NCBI GenBank assembly: GCA_001661245.1
Contig: KV454012.1
Coordinates: 1,198,848-1,262,847, forward strand
Direction: 5' to 3'
Length of the DNA stretch: 64,000 nucleotides
DNA from: Pachysolen tannophilus NRRL Y-2460
Taxonomy: Eukaryota
A model generated the notes under the pieces. That model was not told where the DNA came from and made no database searches. It saw only the letters and a program-made list of their open reading frames with translations. Shown piece after piece: positions 43,501 to 55,962 of this stretch. The first letter of the stretch is position 1; each line of letters opens with the position of its first letter. The position numbers were made by a program, and so were the translations under genes.

Positions 43501-43572
43501 GCTCGTATGGCGCAGTGGTAGCGCAGCAGATTGCAAATCTGTTGGTCCTTAGTTCGAATCTGAGTGCGAGCT
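43501..43572 (+). tRNA. tRNA-Cys(GCA)
   Basis: GCTCGTATGGCGCAGTGGTAGCGCAGCAGATT-GCA-AATCTGTTGGTCCTTAGTTCGAATCTGAGTGCGAGCT, with poly(T) downstream. Confidence 0.97.
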
Positions 43573-43825
43573 TGAGAAAAAAATTTTTTTTTCATTTTAT
43601 TTTTCACTTAGAATTTTGCTGTGGGTGTTATAGCTCAGAATTTGTATGGGTGTAACTTCTACAACTATGTATGTGTTAATGTTTTGGAGTGAGTTTGTAG
43701 TTGTAATATTTAGCATTAAAATATAGATCTATATTGAAGGCACATAAAGAACTGAAGATTATAAAAAAGTTGGTTTGAAGCAAAAATGAAAAAAATAAAA
43801 AAAGAAAAAAAAGAATTATATAGGC

Positions 43826-43857
<32 letters not shown>

Positions 43858-43925
43858 TAGTTTTTTTTTTTCTATAATAACACTTCTTAGTACAATGGTT
43901 GAGTGGACCTAAATTAGTTTTAACG

Positions 43926-46391
43926 CTAATCGCTCATATCTGCATCCCAATCATCATCATCATTGGCATTTATTAACATCAAGTTTTCACTATCATCAAT
44001 TTTTTGCCAGACACCCAAGTATTGATATTCATCTATACAATTATCGAAATTATTTTTGGTAAAACCTCTTGAAATGACTCTTTCTCTTATAGAATTCAAA
44101 TTTAAAATTTTGTGTCCATTTTCTGATCTTCTTGTGCTTAAATATAAATCTTTAATGATGTGATAAATTTTATTTATTGGAGAATTATCATCTTTATCCT
44201 TAGAATCATCTTCGTATAAAGATGATTTAGAAACTTGTATTAATCTTAATGCTTCATCAACATCATCCATTAGTACTGTATTATCAAATCTAATTCTTGC
44301 TAATGCTTGTGACATTCTAATAATACCTAATAAGGTTCTTGGAGTTGTATGGCTGAATGCTTTCTTGGAATTTTCGTTAAATTTTGAATCTTTTCTCATC
44401 TTTATATAAGATGAAATAATATAATCACTTACATCTTTGGTGATTACAGGTCTAAATTTCCTAGCATAAGAGATATATTGTCTAATTGTTGAAGATTCTA
44501 ATGGTTCAAATCCCATATCTGGTTGCCTGTTATGCATATGCACATAGGCAACATGCTGAGCTAATCTCTCATCATCTTCTCTAGAAGGACTATCCAACAT
44601 TAAAAACAATATATCAAATCTGGATAATAATGCTGCAGGAAGATTAATATTTTCAATTGGGGATAATCTAGGATTATATCTACCATATAAAGGATTTGCA
44701 GCTGCTAAAATTGATGTTCTAGCATTTAAAGTCGTAGTAATACCTGCTTTGGAAATAGAAATCGTTTGTTGTTCCATAACTTCATGAATAGCTGTTCTAT
44801 CTCCATCTTCCATCTTATCAAATTCATCGATACAACAGATACCATTATCTGCCAATACTAATGCTCCACCTTCTAAAACCATTTCATCAGTTATTGGATC
44901 TCTCATGACAGCAGCAGTTAAACCAACACCAGAAGAACCTTTACCAGTTGTATAAACGGCTCTAGGAGCCAATTTGGAAATAGATTTTAATAATTGCGAT
45001 TTGGCCACACCGGGATCTCCCATAAGACAAACATTTATATCACCTCTAATTCTCATACCATCACCAATTTCTTTTGTAACACCTCCAACTAATAATAATA
45101 AGAGTGCTTTCTTAACATCTTCATGTCCAAAAATTTCAGGAGCAATCGACCTAGCTAATTTACTGTAAACATCACCTTCTGCTCTTAATTTTTCAATAAG
45201 TGTTTCAATTTCAGGTGTAATACCTAAATTTTCATATTTTTTTTTATGTTGTCTAACATATTGAGCTTCAAGGTAAGTTTCAGTTAATAAACCAGCTCTA
45301 AGAGCTCTAAACCCCGTATAAGGAGCTGGTAAAAAGATTCCAGCAACATCAACTATATCACCTGGACTCATAGATCTAACTAAATCTCCATTAACATGAA
45401 TTGTTAATGTTCTTGGAATGTGTCCAACAGGTACCTGATCAGCCAATTCTTGAATTTTTACATCTTGGAAAGCACTAAATTTTGAAGCTCTGGTACTCAT
45501 AAATAATTTTCCCTTTGATTGATTTTCTTGACATTGAGGTGAAGTACATTCTACTAATGGAGTGAAAGTTCTAGATGAAACTTCTTGAAAAATTTCATAA
45601 CCACATTTATCACAAGTATAAGCATTAACCAAGACAGAAGGTTTAACATCTGAAACTCTAGTGACAATACCTCTAACAGTTATTAATTGACCAACATAAC
45701 TACCTTTAACTTCTCTAACAGCCAATGCTTTACCTCTTCCTCTATATATATCAGATAATGGTCTAAAATATAAACAATATCTTCTAGTTAATTTTGGAGG
45801 AAACAAGTTATCATTTTTATTTTGTTGAGAATTTGTATTACTATTTTCACCAGCCTCACCACTACCACCACCACCAAGGGCTAAATCATCTTGTCTTGCT
45901 TCTTGTTCTAATCTAATATTTCTCAATCTTCTTTGATGTAATATAACATCCAACACGTCATCTTTATAACTAACATCAACTGTAGGTTCAGGCATTATCT
46001 GGTCAACGACTTCACTAAATAAATTTATATAGTGGAAAGTATTTTTAACTATATTATCAACTATTGAAGTCTTATTATTTTGACTAAAATCACCCTGGCT
46101 TAAACTAGCCGCAGTCTCATAGGCTTTAATATCATCCAAATCAATATATAAAGTTGACAATTCTCTATTACTAACTTTTTGTAATAAATTCATATATTTG
46201 GGACCATTGGACATAATATCATTTTCATTTCCCATAGTGACATCTTGATCCATCTGATCATTAGTTGCTTCTTCATCGCGTGTACTACTTCCTTTCTTAA
46301 AATGTAATAAGAAATCCTCAATACTATCCTTTATATCATTATAGTTGATATTAATCTGAACCGAAGGTAAAATAGAAGTTGTAGTAGCCAT
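43926..46391 (-). CDS. MCM7: DNA replication licensing factor Mcm7
   Basis: Zinc finger CDKCG...[47 protein letters not shown]. Confidence 0.97.
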   Translation of the reverse strand: MATTTSILPSVQININYNDIKDSIEDFLLHFKKGSSTRDEEATNDQMDQDVTMGNENDIMSNGPKYMNLLQKVSNRELSTLYIDLDDIKAYETAASLSQGDFSQNNKTSIVDNIVKNTFHYINLFSEVVDQIMPEPTVDVSYKDDVLDVILHQRRLRNIRLEQEARQDDLALGGGGSGEAGENSNTNSQQNKNDNLFPPKLTRRYCLYFRPLSDIYRGRGKALAVREVKGSYVGQLITVRGIVTRVSDVKPSVLVNAYTCDKCGYEIFQEVSSRTFTPLVECTSPQCQENQSKGKLFMSTRASKFSAFQDVKIQELADQVPVGHIPRTLTIHVNGDLVRSMSPGDIVDVAGIFLPAPYTGFRALRAGLLTETYLEAQYVRQHKKKYENLGITPEIETLIEKLRAEGDVYSKLARSIAPEIFGHEDVKKALLLLLVGGVTKEIGDGMRIRGDINVCLMGDPGVAKSQLLKSISKLAPRAVYTTGKGSSGVGLTAAVMRDPITDEMVLEGGALVLADNGICCIDEFDKMEDGDRTAIHEVMEQQTISISKAGITTTLNARTSILAAANPLYGRYNPRLSPIENINLPAALLSRFDILFLMLDSPSREDDERLAQHVAYVHMHNRQPDMGFEPLESSTIRQYISYARKFRPVITKDVSDYIISSYIKMRKDSKFNENSKKAFSHTTPRTLLGIIRMSQALARIRFDNTVLMDDVDEALRLIQVSKSSLYEDDSKDKDDNSPINKIYHIIKDLYLSTRRSENGHKILNLNSIRERVISRGFTKNNFDNCIDEYQYLGVWQKIDDSENLMLINANDDDDWDADMSD

Positions 46392-46640
46392 GGTCAAAAT
46401 CACCTATTTACCAGGTTATATCCTTTTTTTTTCTTTCTTCCTCTCTCAAGTAAAACACTGAATTTAACACAAAATACAATATTTTGAAAAAGACCAACAC
46501 TAATAAACAAGATAAAAGATGAATGAAATGAAAAATGAAAGATAAATCTTTTTTTTTTCCTTACTTTTCACTTTGCTAAACCGTTAATATTATAGGTTTT
46601 GAAACATAAAAAAGGTTGAAATATTTTTGTACAGGAAGAA

Positions 46641-46683
46641 ACGCGCCGCGTAAAAATACTAATTAATTTTCCTTTTTAGGAAA
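46641..46683. promoter_or_regulatory. MCB-like ACGCG/CGCGT sites plus an Mcm1 early-cell-cycle box upstream of MCM7
   Basis: ACGCGCCGCGT at 46641-46651. TTTCCTTTTTAGGAAA at 46668-46683 fits TTTCC-N6-GGAAA. Confidence 0.65.
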
Positions 46684-46830
46684 TACCATTAAATTTCATA
46701 CATTTTTCGTGTCGCATAGTAAAGTAAGAAGATACAATACAATACAATATGATATGATATGATATTATATGATATTATATGATATTATATGAATATTTAA
46801 CATTATATACAGTTACACATTTCTTTTCGT

Positions 46831-47080
46831 TTACTTGAATTCTTCTTTTAAAACCCAACCTTTTCTATTAGAGTTCCAATCACAGATTGACTTTAACATC
46901 GACCGAACAATGTACATATCTTGTTTATTTTTCAATGTTAGTTTCAAATGGGTTAATATTTCGTAAGAAGAAGATATTTCTCCTTCTTTTTTAGTAGATA
47001 AGTAATCACGAATTCTTGAAATAAAATCGTTTTTATCGATATTGGTGAAAATAGAATTTTCTGCCAAGGCGAGTTCTTCG

Positions 47081-47118
<38 letters not shown>

Positions 47119-50100
47119 AGAAAAATCTGAACTTGAACCAGAATATTCTCTAATCATTGGTGAAGGTGCTCTACTCGCCAAAGGCGTTTTACGTCCAAAA
47201 ATCTTTGAAGTTTCACTTTCCCTTTTTTCCTCCAATTCTTTCTTGGCCTTGATATTTTGTAATATGGAACTTGAAGACAACGATGATACGTTTGAACGGT
47301 AATTCGGATTGTTGGTTGATCTTCCAGCAGTACCAAATTTACCAGTAAAAGTTGGTGTACCTACTTTTGCCCTTCTAATTTGTTTTCTAGAATCCCTCAA
47401 CATTTTTGAAGCAGCTTCTGCAATCCTAGTAGCTTCTCTTTCAATCAATAAGGTCTCTGGTCTTGAAGAATCCATGATTGAGTCATGCAGCAATGCACTA
47501 TGAACTCCTGATGAGCTAAATAGATCTTCCATTAATCTTTCATCATCTTCCCTCTTAGTCTTGTTCTCAGTAGGGTCTCCTTGAAGTTTTTCTAAACCAG
47601 ATACTCCAGTTATTTGAGCCACTTGAATAAAATCATCTTCATCCTTATTTGAATTTTCATTTATTGTTTTCCGATCTCTAACCAATTTTCTCGAAATTCT
47701 TTGCTTGTCTCCTTCAAAATTAACCTCAGTTCCATTAAACATATCACCAGTTTCAGTTCCTCTTTCATTTTGATCTCCTAAGGTAAATAAATCATGCAAG
47801 TCATTCATTTTGAAAAAACGTCTTTGCTTAGGATCTTTCAATATCTTATTTGTTAAAAATTGCTTGAAAATTTGCCGATGATAAATCTTTTCTTCAATCG
47901 AACCAGCAATCATTAATCGATAAATAGTAACATCTTTTTTCTGACCCAATCTCCATGCTCTTTCTCTAGCTTGAACATCAGTAGAAGGATTCCAATCAGG
48001 ATCATAAATTATGACTCGGTTAGCACCTGTTAAGTTGACACCTAAACCGCCAACCCTGGTAGTTAATAAAAATATATTTATATTGGAATCTTCGTTAAAT
48101 CTATCAACTAAAGACTGTCTAACACCAATTGGTGTTGTACCATCCATTCTCAAATACAGAAATTTTTCATTCTCATCATTTTTTGATATGTTCAAAGTAT
48201 TTATAAATTTTTCTAATATATCTAACATTTGTCTAGTTTGACTAAATATCAAAATCTTACTTGACTCTTTCCTCCAAACTTCAATCAATGTTTTCACAAC
48301 TTGCATCTTACCAGATTTAGCAGCGGAACCAAAATTAGTAAGCCGTTTACTCTTATCCTTACCAAACTCTACCAAATCAGGATGATTACAAATTTTCCTT
48401 AAAATATCAACACCATGTAAGACCTTTCTCTTACCTTCTAAAACGGAGGCCATCTCTTCAGAATGTAAGAAGTTTTCATACAAATTTTGTTGGTATTTTG
48501 TCAACTTACAAAACAAAACCATTTCATTTTTAGCAGGCAAATCTTTTGCAACATCCGCTTTCACCCTTCTCAATAAATACGGAGAAATCAAATCTCTTAA
48601 AATTACAGCACATTTATAACCAGCTTGAACTTGAACATTAGTAGCATTTGCGTATCCACCTATATTAATTGGTATCGAAAATTGCAGCTGAAATACGGGT
48701 AATGTTCCTAATCTTCCTGGAAATATAAAATCAAATAAACTCCATAACTCAACCAAATTATTCTGAATTGGTGTTCCAGATAAAATAACTCTATTATGTG
48801 ATTTAAGTTGTTTGCAAGTTAAAGAAATATCACTATTTGGATTTCTGATTTTATGCCCTTCATCTAGAACAACATATCCCCATCTTTGAGGCAAAATATG
48901 TTTTGCATAAATACGCAAACCAACATAAGTTGTTATCAAAACATGACCTTTTTCAACAACTCTGTCAACTATTTCTTTAGCATTCATTTGAGAATTTTTG
49001 GAATTGATAGATTTCCCTTCTTCAAAGTCTTCTATTTCCAACATTTTTTCTAAATATTCATCATCTTCAACTATTTTTTTAGCACTCATACCTGTACCTA
49101 TCGAATGCAAAATCATTGTTCTTAAAGGAGGCCACCATCTATGAAATTCATTGCACCACTGAGTTAATACTGTTGCTGGGCATACAATTAAAATTGGCTT
49201 GTTCAATTTCCCACTATAATGTAATCCTGCTAAAAATGAGATCACTTGAATCGTCTTTCCTAACCCCATTTCATCACCTATTATACCTCCAGTTTTTTGG
49301 GAATATAATTCCCATAGCCATTGTACCCCAGTTTTTTGATAATCAAATAGAGATGGATAAATATCACCGGGCACTTTAAATTCGCCATTTAAGACAGCAT
49401 CTGGTATTGTTGGGTGAGGTTTAAACCATTCCTCTGTAATTTGATCTACTGGTTCTTCTGGGTGTTTTTTTAATCTTAAAGCAGAACGTCTTGACACCCA
49501 GTCATTCAATCGTCTCTGATAAAAATTTTCATCCCCATCATCTATATTTCTATATTCTTCGTCAAATGACAATTTTTGGGATTTTTCAATTTTTGCCATC
49601 TTTTTCGATGATTTTCTTGTATTACTAGAAGTGGTTTCAATTTTAAAATCAGATAATTCAAAATCTTCATCATCATTATCATCCTCATCCTCCCCTTCTT
49701 CCTCGATTGAACTCCGTTTTCTTTTTTTACTCAATTTTTTTGGCAACTCATCTGTTAGATCATCTTCATCATTATAATGATAATCGTCGTCACGCTCATC
49801 ATCTGCAGCCTTCTCTTCCAGCTCATCACCTAAACCAGGAGACCTTAAAATTTGATGATCCATATGACCATTATTTGCAGTTTGTTCTTCGGTAAAAGCA
49901 TTAAAAGTACCAAACGCCGTAGTTTTACCTGTTCTTATTAAAAATTCTTTCCTTGTCTCTGATGGTAATTGTACCAGAGAAACATCTTGTGAAGAATTAG
50001 CTCTTTCAGATAACGCCACTTGAGTTGTAATTTTTCTTTTATTAATTCTATCCTGAATTTCTTTCAAATCTTTCACAATCAGAGCTAAATCTTCATCTTG

Positions 50101-50484
50101 TAACCAACGAATATCTTTTCTAATATTTTCTTTTTCAGAAATTCTTGTCTTTGGATCGTTTAATTTTGTTCTTAAATTATCAATTCTTTTCAACAATTTG
50201 TCATAACTATCAGAAGTCTTTTTCAATCTCTTTTGATCCAATTCATCATCTTTTAATAACATTTGTTTATCTGCATCTTCAGCAACTTTCCTTTCTAAAG
50301 AATCTTGCTCTACAAGTCTTACTCCTAACGATTGTAGAGCGCTACTAGGACCTTCTAATATTTCTTCTTCTTCTTCTTCATTACCTTGATGATTATCGTT
50401 TTCTTCATTTTGATCATGAGAGGAACTCAGTCCTTGTTCATCACCTATATCATTTGATTTACTATAAATACCACTCTCTGACAT
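46831..50484 (-). CDS. RAD26: SWI2/SNF2 ATPase Rad26 (CSB/ERCC6), transcription-coupled repair
   Basis: LFDYQKTGVQWLWEL, GDEMGLGKT, LDEGHKIRN, GGYANATNVQV, QARERAWRLGQ, GTPTFTGKFG. Confidence 0.96.
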
Positions 50485-50662
50485 CTAAGGCTAGATTGAA
50501 ATTCAACAACTCATTGAAATTAAGAAAATTATATCAATCAAATCCTAATAAATTAAGAAATTTATCACTTTTAGTTAATTATACTTGATGCGCAATAAAG
50601 AAAGATTTTTGCTTACTAAAAAATTCATTTAAGTCACAGTTTAACACAATGCAAAAAAAACC

Positions 50663-50827
50663 ACACCACTCACACCACTCACACCACAAAGCAAACACCC
50701 TAAACCACCTACACCACCTACACCACGTTTTACACCACCTACACCACTAACATTACATCTTACACCACTAACACCACTCTCTGCGCCACCCTATTTAGGG
50801 TACTTCCTACACCACTTCCTACACCAC
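50663..50827. repeat. Degenerate array of ACACCAC with a period of about 9 bp (11 copies by eye)
   Basis: Copies start at 50663, 50672, 50681, 50711, 50720, 50732, 50741, 50762, 50771, 50809 and 50821, all on one strand. Confidence 0.85.
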
Positions 50828-51191
50828 CCTGAACCCATCTCACAGACGGCAGCCTGGGATGCGAAAACTCGCAGTTAACAAAAAGAAGATGACTATCAAC
50901 TATGAAGTCACAAGCTTCTCGATGAAACGATGGACCATAAATATAGATGAGAAACTTAATCTAATATTTGTTCTAGCCGCTTCCTCTGAGAACTAGCGTG
51001 ATAGCCTTGCATTCATATTGTAATTTCTGCTGTTGAGTTGGTTCGTTTGTGTGAGAAAGGAGATAAATTAACTCCGAAAGAGAAAATATCATCATTTACT
51101 AAATCCGTTTTATTTATTATTTTTTTTTTTTTTTTTTGTATTTTGTTTTTTATTTTCATTTGTTTACTAAAAGTGTGAATTTGTAAATGCC

Positions 51192-53936
51192 ATGGTTTAT
51201 GAGTCACTGGGAGTAGGTGCTTCTCAAGCCTCTGCTGAGAATGATGTTGATGTTGATGTTGATGCTAAGGCAAATATTAATGCTTCGAAACGTCGGAGAA
51301 TATCTAGGGCCTGTGATTTATGCAGAGATAAAAAGATAAAATGCGATGGTCAAACACCATGTTCTACATGTATTTCTTTGAAGAAAAAATGTTCATATAA
51401 TTATGTGCGAAAAAGAAAACTTCGTAAACAAAATAGAGCTGAGACTAGTCTTTTCCTGAGGCTGAGCAATAATAGTGATGAAGGTGGTAAAGGTAAAGCT
51501 AAAGAAACAGGTGCTGATAATCTCAATAGTGATGTTAATGTGAATAGAGATATACTGGAACACTCTTGTACTTCATTAGAGGCTAGATTGAAGAATTTAG
51601 AGACCATGGTTGAAGGTATATATGAAATATTGGACAAACATCTAGTCAAGAAAAATGAGGAGAAATTGGAGTCTTTATGTATGGATACAGATACTTTATC
51701 GATTAAAGCTAGGGAAGGTGAACGTGTTGGTGATTTTGCCTCTGTAACTAACTTGAATTCTGCTTTATCGAAATCTGTTCTTAAATTAATTGAAAGTAAA
51801 CTCTCTGGTGAGTCAATATTAAAAGTAATCGACTCCCTATACCAAAGGATGAATGAAGAAGAGAATAAACTTAATGCTTTAGTTGATCCTACAAGACAAG
51901 AAGGTTTTAGACCACTTCCACCAAGACAAATTTCACAATTTTTATTAAATACCGTCTTTTCGACACCTTTAACATGCTCAACTATTATTGACAGAGAAAA
52001 TATTCAGCGACTTGCAGATATTTATTATCAAAATGGCTACAAAGAATTATGTTGTTCTGATTTGGTCTTGTTAGATATTACAATCTTACTTGGAGCATTA
52101 ATCATTCTAGGCGATTATGATAAGGCTGTAAAAAACTGTAATGGTCGTAAAGAAGTTGAAAACATTGTTGTTAACGAACTGTTGAATATAAAATTGAGTA
52201 ATTTGTTAATATACAGAGAAGAATATTTGGAAAATGCTCTTTTTTATTTTCAACAATTATTTACACTGTATGAAGGAATGAATACCATTTATTCATTACT
52301 GATACTTTGTGCAGTTTCAATTACAAGATTGTCTGTTAACACAAGTTACATGTTAGTTTCAACAGTAGTGAGAGTTGCGCAACATCTGGGATTACATAGA
52401 AAGGAATCATATATTGGGTTGTCAGAGGCAGAACTTAAAAGACGGTTACATGTGTGGTGGTATTGTTATTCATTTGATATAAATTGTTGTATTAGGACGG
52501 GAAATCCCCCAGTTATTCAAGATAACGATATATCTTCCCATGGACCAGATTACTTGATGTGGTTGTTCATGAAACCATTTTTCAAGAAACACCCTGAATT
52601 TGAATTCAAGAGTTCAAAAGAAAAGGATAAGATTGATTCATTAGATGTCTTTATTTATGCCCTTCACGATAAGTTTGGCTTTACAAATGCTGTGGATTAT
52701 TACAGATTTAAATTTGCAAAAATTCAATCTAAAACACATCGTAAATTATTTGCTGAAAACTCATTAGCAGGTCAAACTTCAGATTCTGTTTTTAACATAG
52801 TATTGGAACTAAATAAAGAATTGGATGATTGGGTAAAATCAATGCCGCAGGAATTCAGACCAAATAGAACCATAAATCTTGATATTTTTGAATCTAATAG
52901 AGTAGCACGTTCCAAATTAATGGCAATTCATTTTTTATACTACTTGTATGTTATGGTTATTAATAGAGTTTCTTTACTACTGAAGAACTCAAGGAGGAAG
53001 CTGCTGGTTTTACATTCAATCAATTTACATTTGACGGCATCCAGACGGATTTTAAATCTTAGTTCTATGATAGTTGAAGATCATGACAAAATATTCCAAA
53101 GTGTATTTTTACCAATATCAGGATTTGGTGTATTACTTCGTCACTGCATTCAGCATCCGTCAAAATCGGAAAATCCAGGAATAGTAGATGATATAAATTT
53201 GTTGATCACAAGTTCTATGAATCTTTTCCAAAAAACTAGAGCTTTAGAAAACTGTGAATTTTTAAGAACTTCAAGATTTGAAATCTTGGGTATGATTTCG
53301 AGATGCTTTATAAAGATTGCGATATTTGTGTATGACAATAATAATGAAGACAAATTTGTGTTGAATGAGGAGTCAACTAAATATTTACAACCAGTACATG
53401 AAATGATCGATTCACTCAAGACCAGTGAAGATCAATCTGCAAATGAAAAAAAATGTTTGAACCATCCTTCAAGTTCATATAGCATGTATTCTTCGCAAGA
53501 TCAAAATTCACTGCATTATAACAGCGAGCCATCAAATTCATCTTTTACAAATATAAAAGAAAACACTAATATTCTTGAAAATGGATTCACCGATTTGTTG
53601 GGAAATAATAATTTAGATAATTTGAATAACAATCAATCACCTGGAACAAATCTGCAACCACAGAGATGTTTTCTGGATAGTAATCTTTTGGATCCTTTGT
53701 TGTCTTTCAATATGGGAATGTATTCTGATTTTTTATTGGACCTGCAAAATGCCTCGGTACTCAACTTTGATGATACAAATATAGCTCACAACATGAATGA
53801 TTATTTATTTTGTGGTGGTTCCGTACCGTTACAACTGGATCAGCAGCAACTGCAGGAGGAATCCAACGAGGGACAGTCTACTGTGAACGGGTTAGGTTTT
53901 CCAAAACTCTATAGAAGTGACACTAATAAAGACTAA
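51192..53936 (+). CDS. Zn(II)2Cys6 transcription factor with a Fungal_trans domain
   Basis: RISRACDLCRDKKIKCDGQTPCSTCISLKKKC, VRVAQH.GLHR, RRLHVWWYCYSFD, RTGNPP. Confidence 0.92.
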   Translation: MVYESLGVGASQASAENDVDVDVDAKANINASKRRRISRACDLCRDKKIKCDGQTPCSTCISLKKKCSYNYVRKRKLRKQNRAETSLFLRLSNNSDEGGKGKAKETGADNLNSDVNVNRDILEHSCTSLEARLKNLETMVEGIYEILDKHLVKKNEEKLESLCMDTDTLSIKAREGERVGDFASVTNLNSALSKSVLKLIESKLSGESILKVIDSLYQRMNEEENKLNALVDPTRQEGFRPLPPRQISQFLLNTVFSTPLTCSTIIDRENIQRLADIYYQNGYKELCCSDLVLLDITILLGALIILGDYDKAVKNCNGRKEVENIVVNELLNIKLSNLLIYREEYLENALFYFQQLFTLYEGMNTIYSLLILCAVSITRLSVNTSYMLVSTVVRVAQHLGLHRKESYIGLSEAELKRRLHVWWYCYSFDINCCIRTGNPPVIQDNDISSHGPDYLMWLFMKPFFKKHPEFEFKSSKEKDKIDSLDVFIYALHDKFGFTNAVDYYRFKFAKIQSKTHRKLFAENSLAGQTSDSVFNIVLELNKELDDWVKSMPQEFRPNRTINLDIFESNRVARSKLMAIHFLYYLYVMVINRVSLLLKNSRRKLLVLHSINLHLTASRRILNLSSMIVEDHDKIFQSVFLPISGFGVLLRHCIQHPSKSENPGIVDDINLLITSSMNLFQKTRALENCEFLRTSRFEILGMISRCFIKIAIFVYDNNNEDKFVLNEESTKYLQPVHEMIDSLKTSEDQSANEKKCLNHPSSSYSMYSSQDQNSLHYNSEPSNSSFTNIKENTNILENGFTDLLGNNNLDNLNNNQSPGTNLQPQRCFLDSNLLDPLLSFNMGMYSDFLLDLQNASVLNFDDTNIAHNMNDYLFCGGSVPLQLDQQQLQEESNEGQSTVNGLGFPKLYRSDTNKD

Positions 53937-54338
53937 GGTATACCACCATTATTTATTTGCCTTTTAGCAAACAACTTTTTTCATGTTCAAAGTTAATTTG
54001 AAATTTGTAATTTGTAATTTTATAATTTGAATCAAGTATTAAATTTTCAATAACAACTAGATAAACAGTGATGAAAACTGGAAAAAAAAAATACAATCCT
54101 AATTGTACCTGTTCATATCTTAATAAAGACCTTCAAAATAATAAATCTATAATCTTACACGAGTCGAATCTTTAGTCATATATCATCTATTTGTTCACCT
54201 TTATGTCTTTACCTAAATAAATGATAATGTATTTAACTACATAAAGCAGTGAAAAAAATAATTATTTATATATAGAAATTTTTTTGAAATTTTTCAGATC
54301 TCATCGATTTTTTTAATTTGATCAATTATCTTTGAAGA

Positions 54339-55859
54339 ATGACTTTGGAACAGGGTATAGCATGCGATTTGGAATCGAATAGAGTCCAAGAATTGGAAGA
54401 TTTGTTACCGAAAGTTCAATCCAAGATAATTGAATTTGTTAAAAGTGCCGAGTTGGATGAAAATAATGAGTTGAAGCCAACAATAGGACCAACTTTTAAT
54501 AGTCCAGAAGATTTAAAAGAGCTTTTAAAATTGGATAGATTTGATTATTACAAAGGCCAAAGAGGGGGTTCGCAAACTGGGCTTATGGAAATGGTTGATA
54601 GTCTTTTGCAAAATTCAGTTAACACATGGCATCCAGGGTTTTTAGATAAATTGTATGCATCTACAAATCCTATTGGTATTATATCTGATTTATTGTTGTC
54701 AACTTTAAATACAAATTCACATGTTTTCACAGTTTCACCTGCTTTGACCTTGATTGAAAAATTTGTATCACATGAGTATGCTAAGAAGTTTGGTTTTACT
54801 GATAAAGAATCAGGTGGGTTGACATTTAACGGAGGTTCATGGTCTAATGTAACTTCTCTTCATATTGCTAGAAGTATATTATTCCCACAAACTAAATTAT
54901 TGGGTAATGGTGATCGTAAATTTGCCATTTATACTTCTTTACATTCACATTATAGTATTGAGAAATCATGTATATTGTTAGGAATGGGAAGTGAATCTGT
55001 TTTCAAAATCAATATCAATTCAAGATCAGAAATGGATGTTGATCACCTTGAAAAGACAATTGCAAAATCAATAGAAGATGGGTTCACTCCTTTATATGTT
55101 AATGCTACTGCTGGTACTACGGTTTTTGGATCATTTGATCCTTTTGAAGATATTGCTAAGGTTGCAAAGAAGTATAATATTTGGTTTCATGTTGATGCTT
55201 CATGGGGTGGTAATGTTATTTTTTCTAATATTCATAAACACAAATTAAAGGGTTCTAATTTAGCAGATTCAATAACTTCTAATCCACATAAGATGCTTGG
55301 AGTTCCAACAACTTGTTCCTTTTTATTGTTACCGAATAAGTCGATTTTCCAAAAATCTAACTCTTTAGCTGCACCATATTTGTTCCATAACAATAATTCA
55401 GAGACTGAAAATTTCGATCTTGCTGATGGTACCATGGGATGTGGGAGAAGAGCTGATAGCTTAAAATTTTACCTCAGTTGGTTATACTATGGGGAATCTG
55501 GTTTTGCCAAAAGAATTGATCATGCTTTTGAAATTGCAAATTATTTTGCAACAAAGATTTCCAAATTACCAAACTTTGAATTAATTAGTGATCTACCTTT
55601 ACCTTGTCTACAAGTTTGTTTTTATTTTAAACCTATTGAAAATTTATCAAAGCTGGAAAATACTGATTTAACAAGACGTATTGCTAAAAAACTATATCAA
55701 AACGGTAAATTTTTAATTGATTATTCACCAAATCCTAATCAACTCAAAGACAAAGGAGAATTTTTCAGAGTTGTTTTCAATACTCCAAGTTTAACCAGTG
55801 GAATAGTTGATGATTTAATAAATGAAATAATCGTTATTGGGAAAGATTTATACAAGTAA
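54339..55859 (+). CDS. Group II PLP-dependent decarboxylase (glutamate/aspartate/cysteine-sulfinate decarboxylase-like)
   Basis: SVNTWHPGFLDKLY, HSHYSIEK, NATAGTTVFGSFDP, HVDASWGG, NPHKMLG (PLP lysine), GCGRRADSLK. Confidence 0.9.
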   Translation: MTLEQGIACDLESNRVQELEDLLPKVQSKIIEFVKSAELDENNELKPTIGPTFNSPEDLKELLKLDRFDYYKGQRGGSQTGLMEMVDSLLQNSVNTWHPGFLDKLYASTNPIGIISDLLLSTLNTNSHVFTVSPALTLIEKFVSHEYAKKFGFTDKESGGLTFNGGSWSNVTSLHIARSILFPQTKLLGNGDRKFAIYTSLHSHYSIEKSCILLGMGSESVFKININSRSEMDVDHLEKTIAKSIEDGFTPLYVNATAGTTVFGSFDPFEDIAKVAKKYNIWFHVDASWGGNVIFSNIHKHKLKGSNLADSITSNPHKMLGVPTTCSFLLLPNKSIFQKSNSLAAPYLFHNNNSETENFDLADGTMGCGRRADSLKFYLSWLYYGESGFAKRIDHAFEIANYFATKISKLPNFELISDLPLPCLQVCFYFKPIENLSKLENTDLTRRIAKKLYQNGKFLIDYSPNPNQLKDKGEFFRVVFNTPSLTSGIVDDLINEIIVIGKDLYK

Positions 55860-55962
55860 AATAACATTAAAAAATTTTTATACATACAAATAGATATATA
55901 TTTCTTTTAGAAGAAACCAAGTAAATAGAATTAATCAAAAATAAGAAAAAAAAAACCCAATC

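Noticed and set aside
50663..50827. CRISPR-like or LTR interpretation of the repeat arrays
   Set aside because: This is eukaryotic DNA, the units are only 7-9 bp with no unique spacers, and no transposase, integrase or LTR pair is seen in the window.
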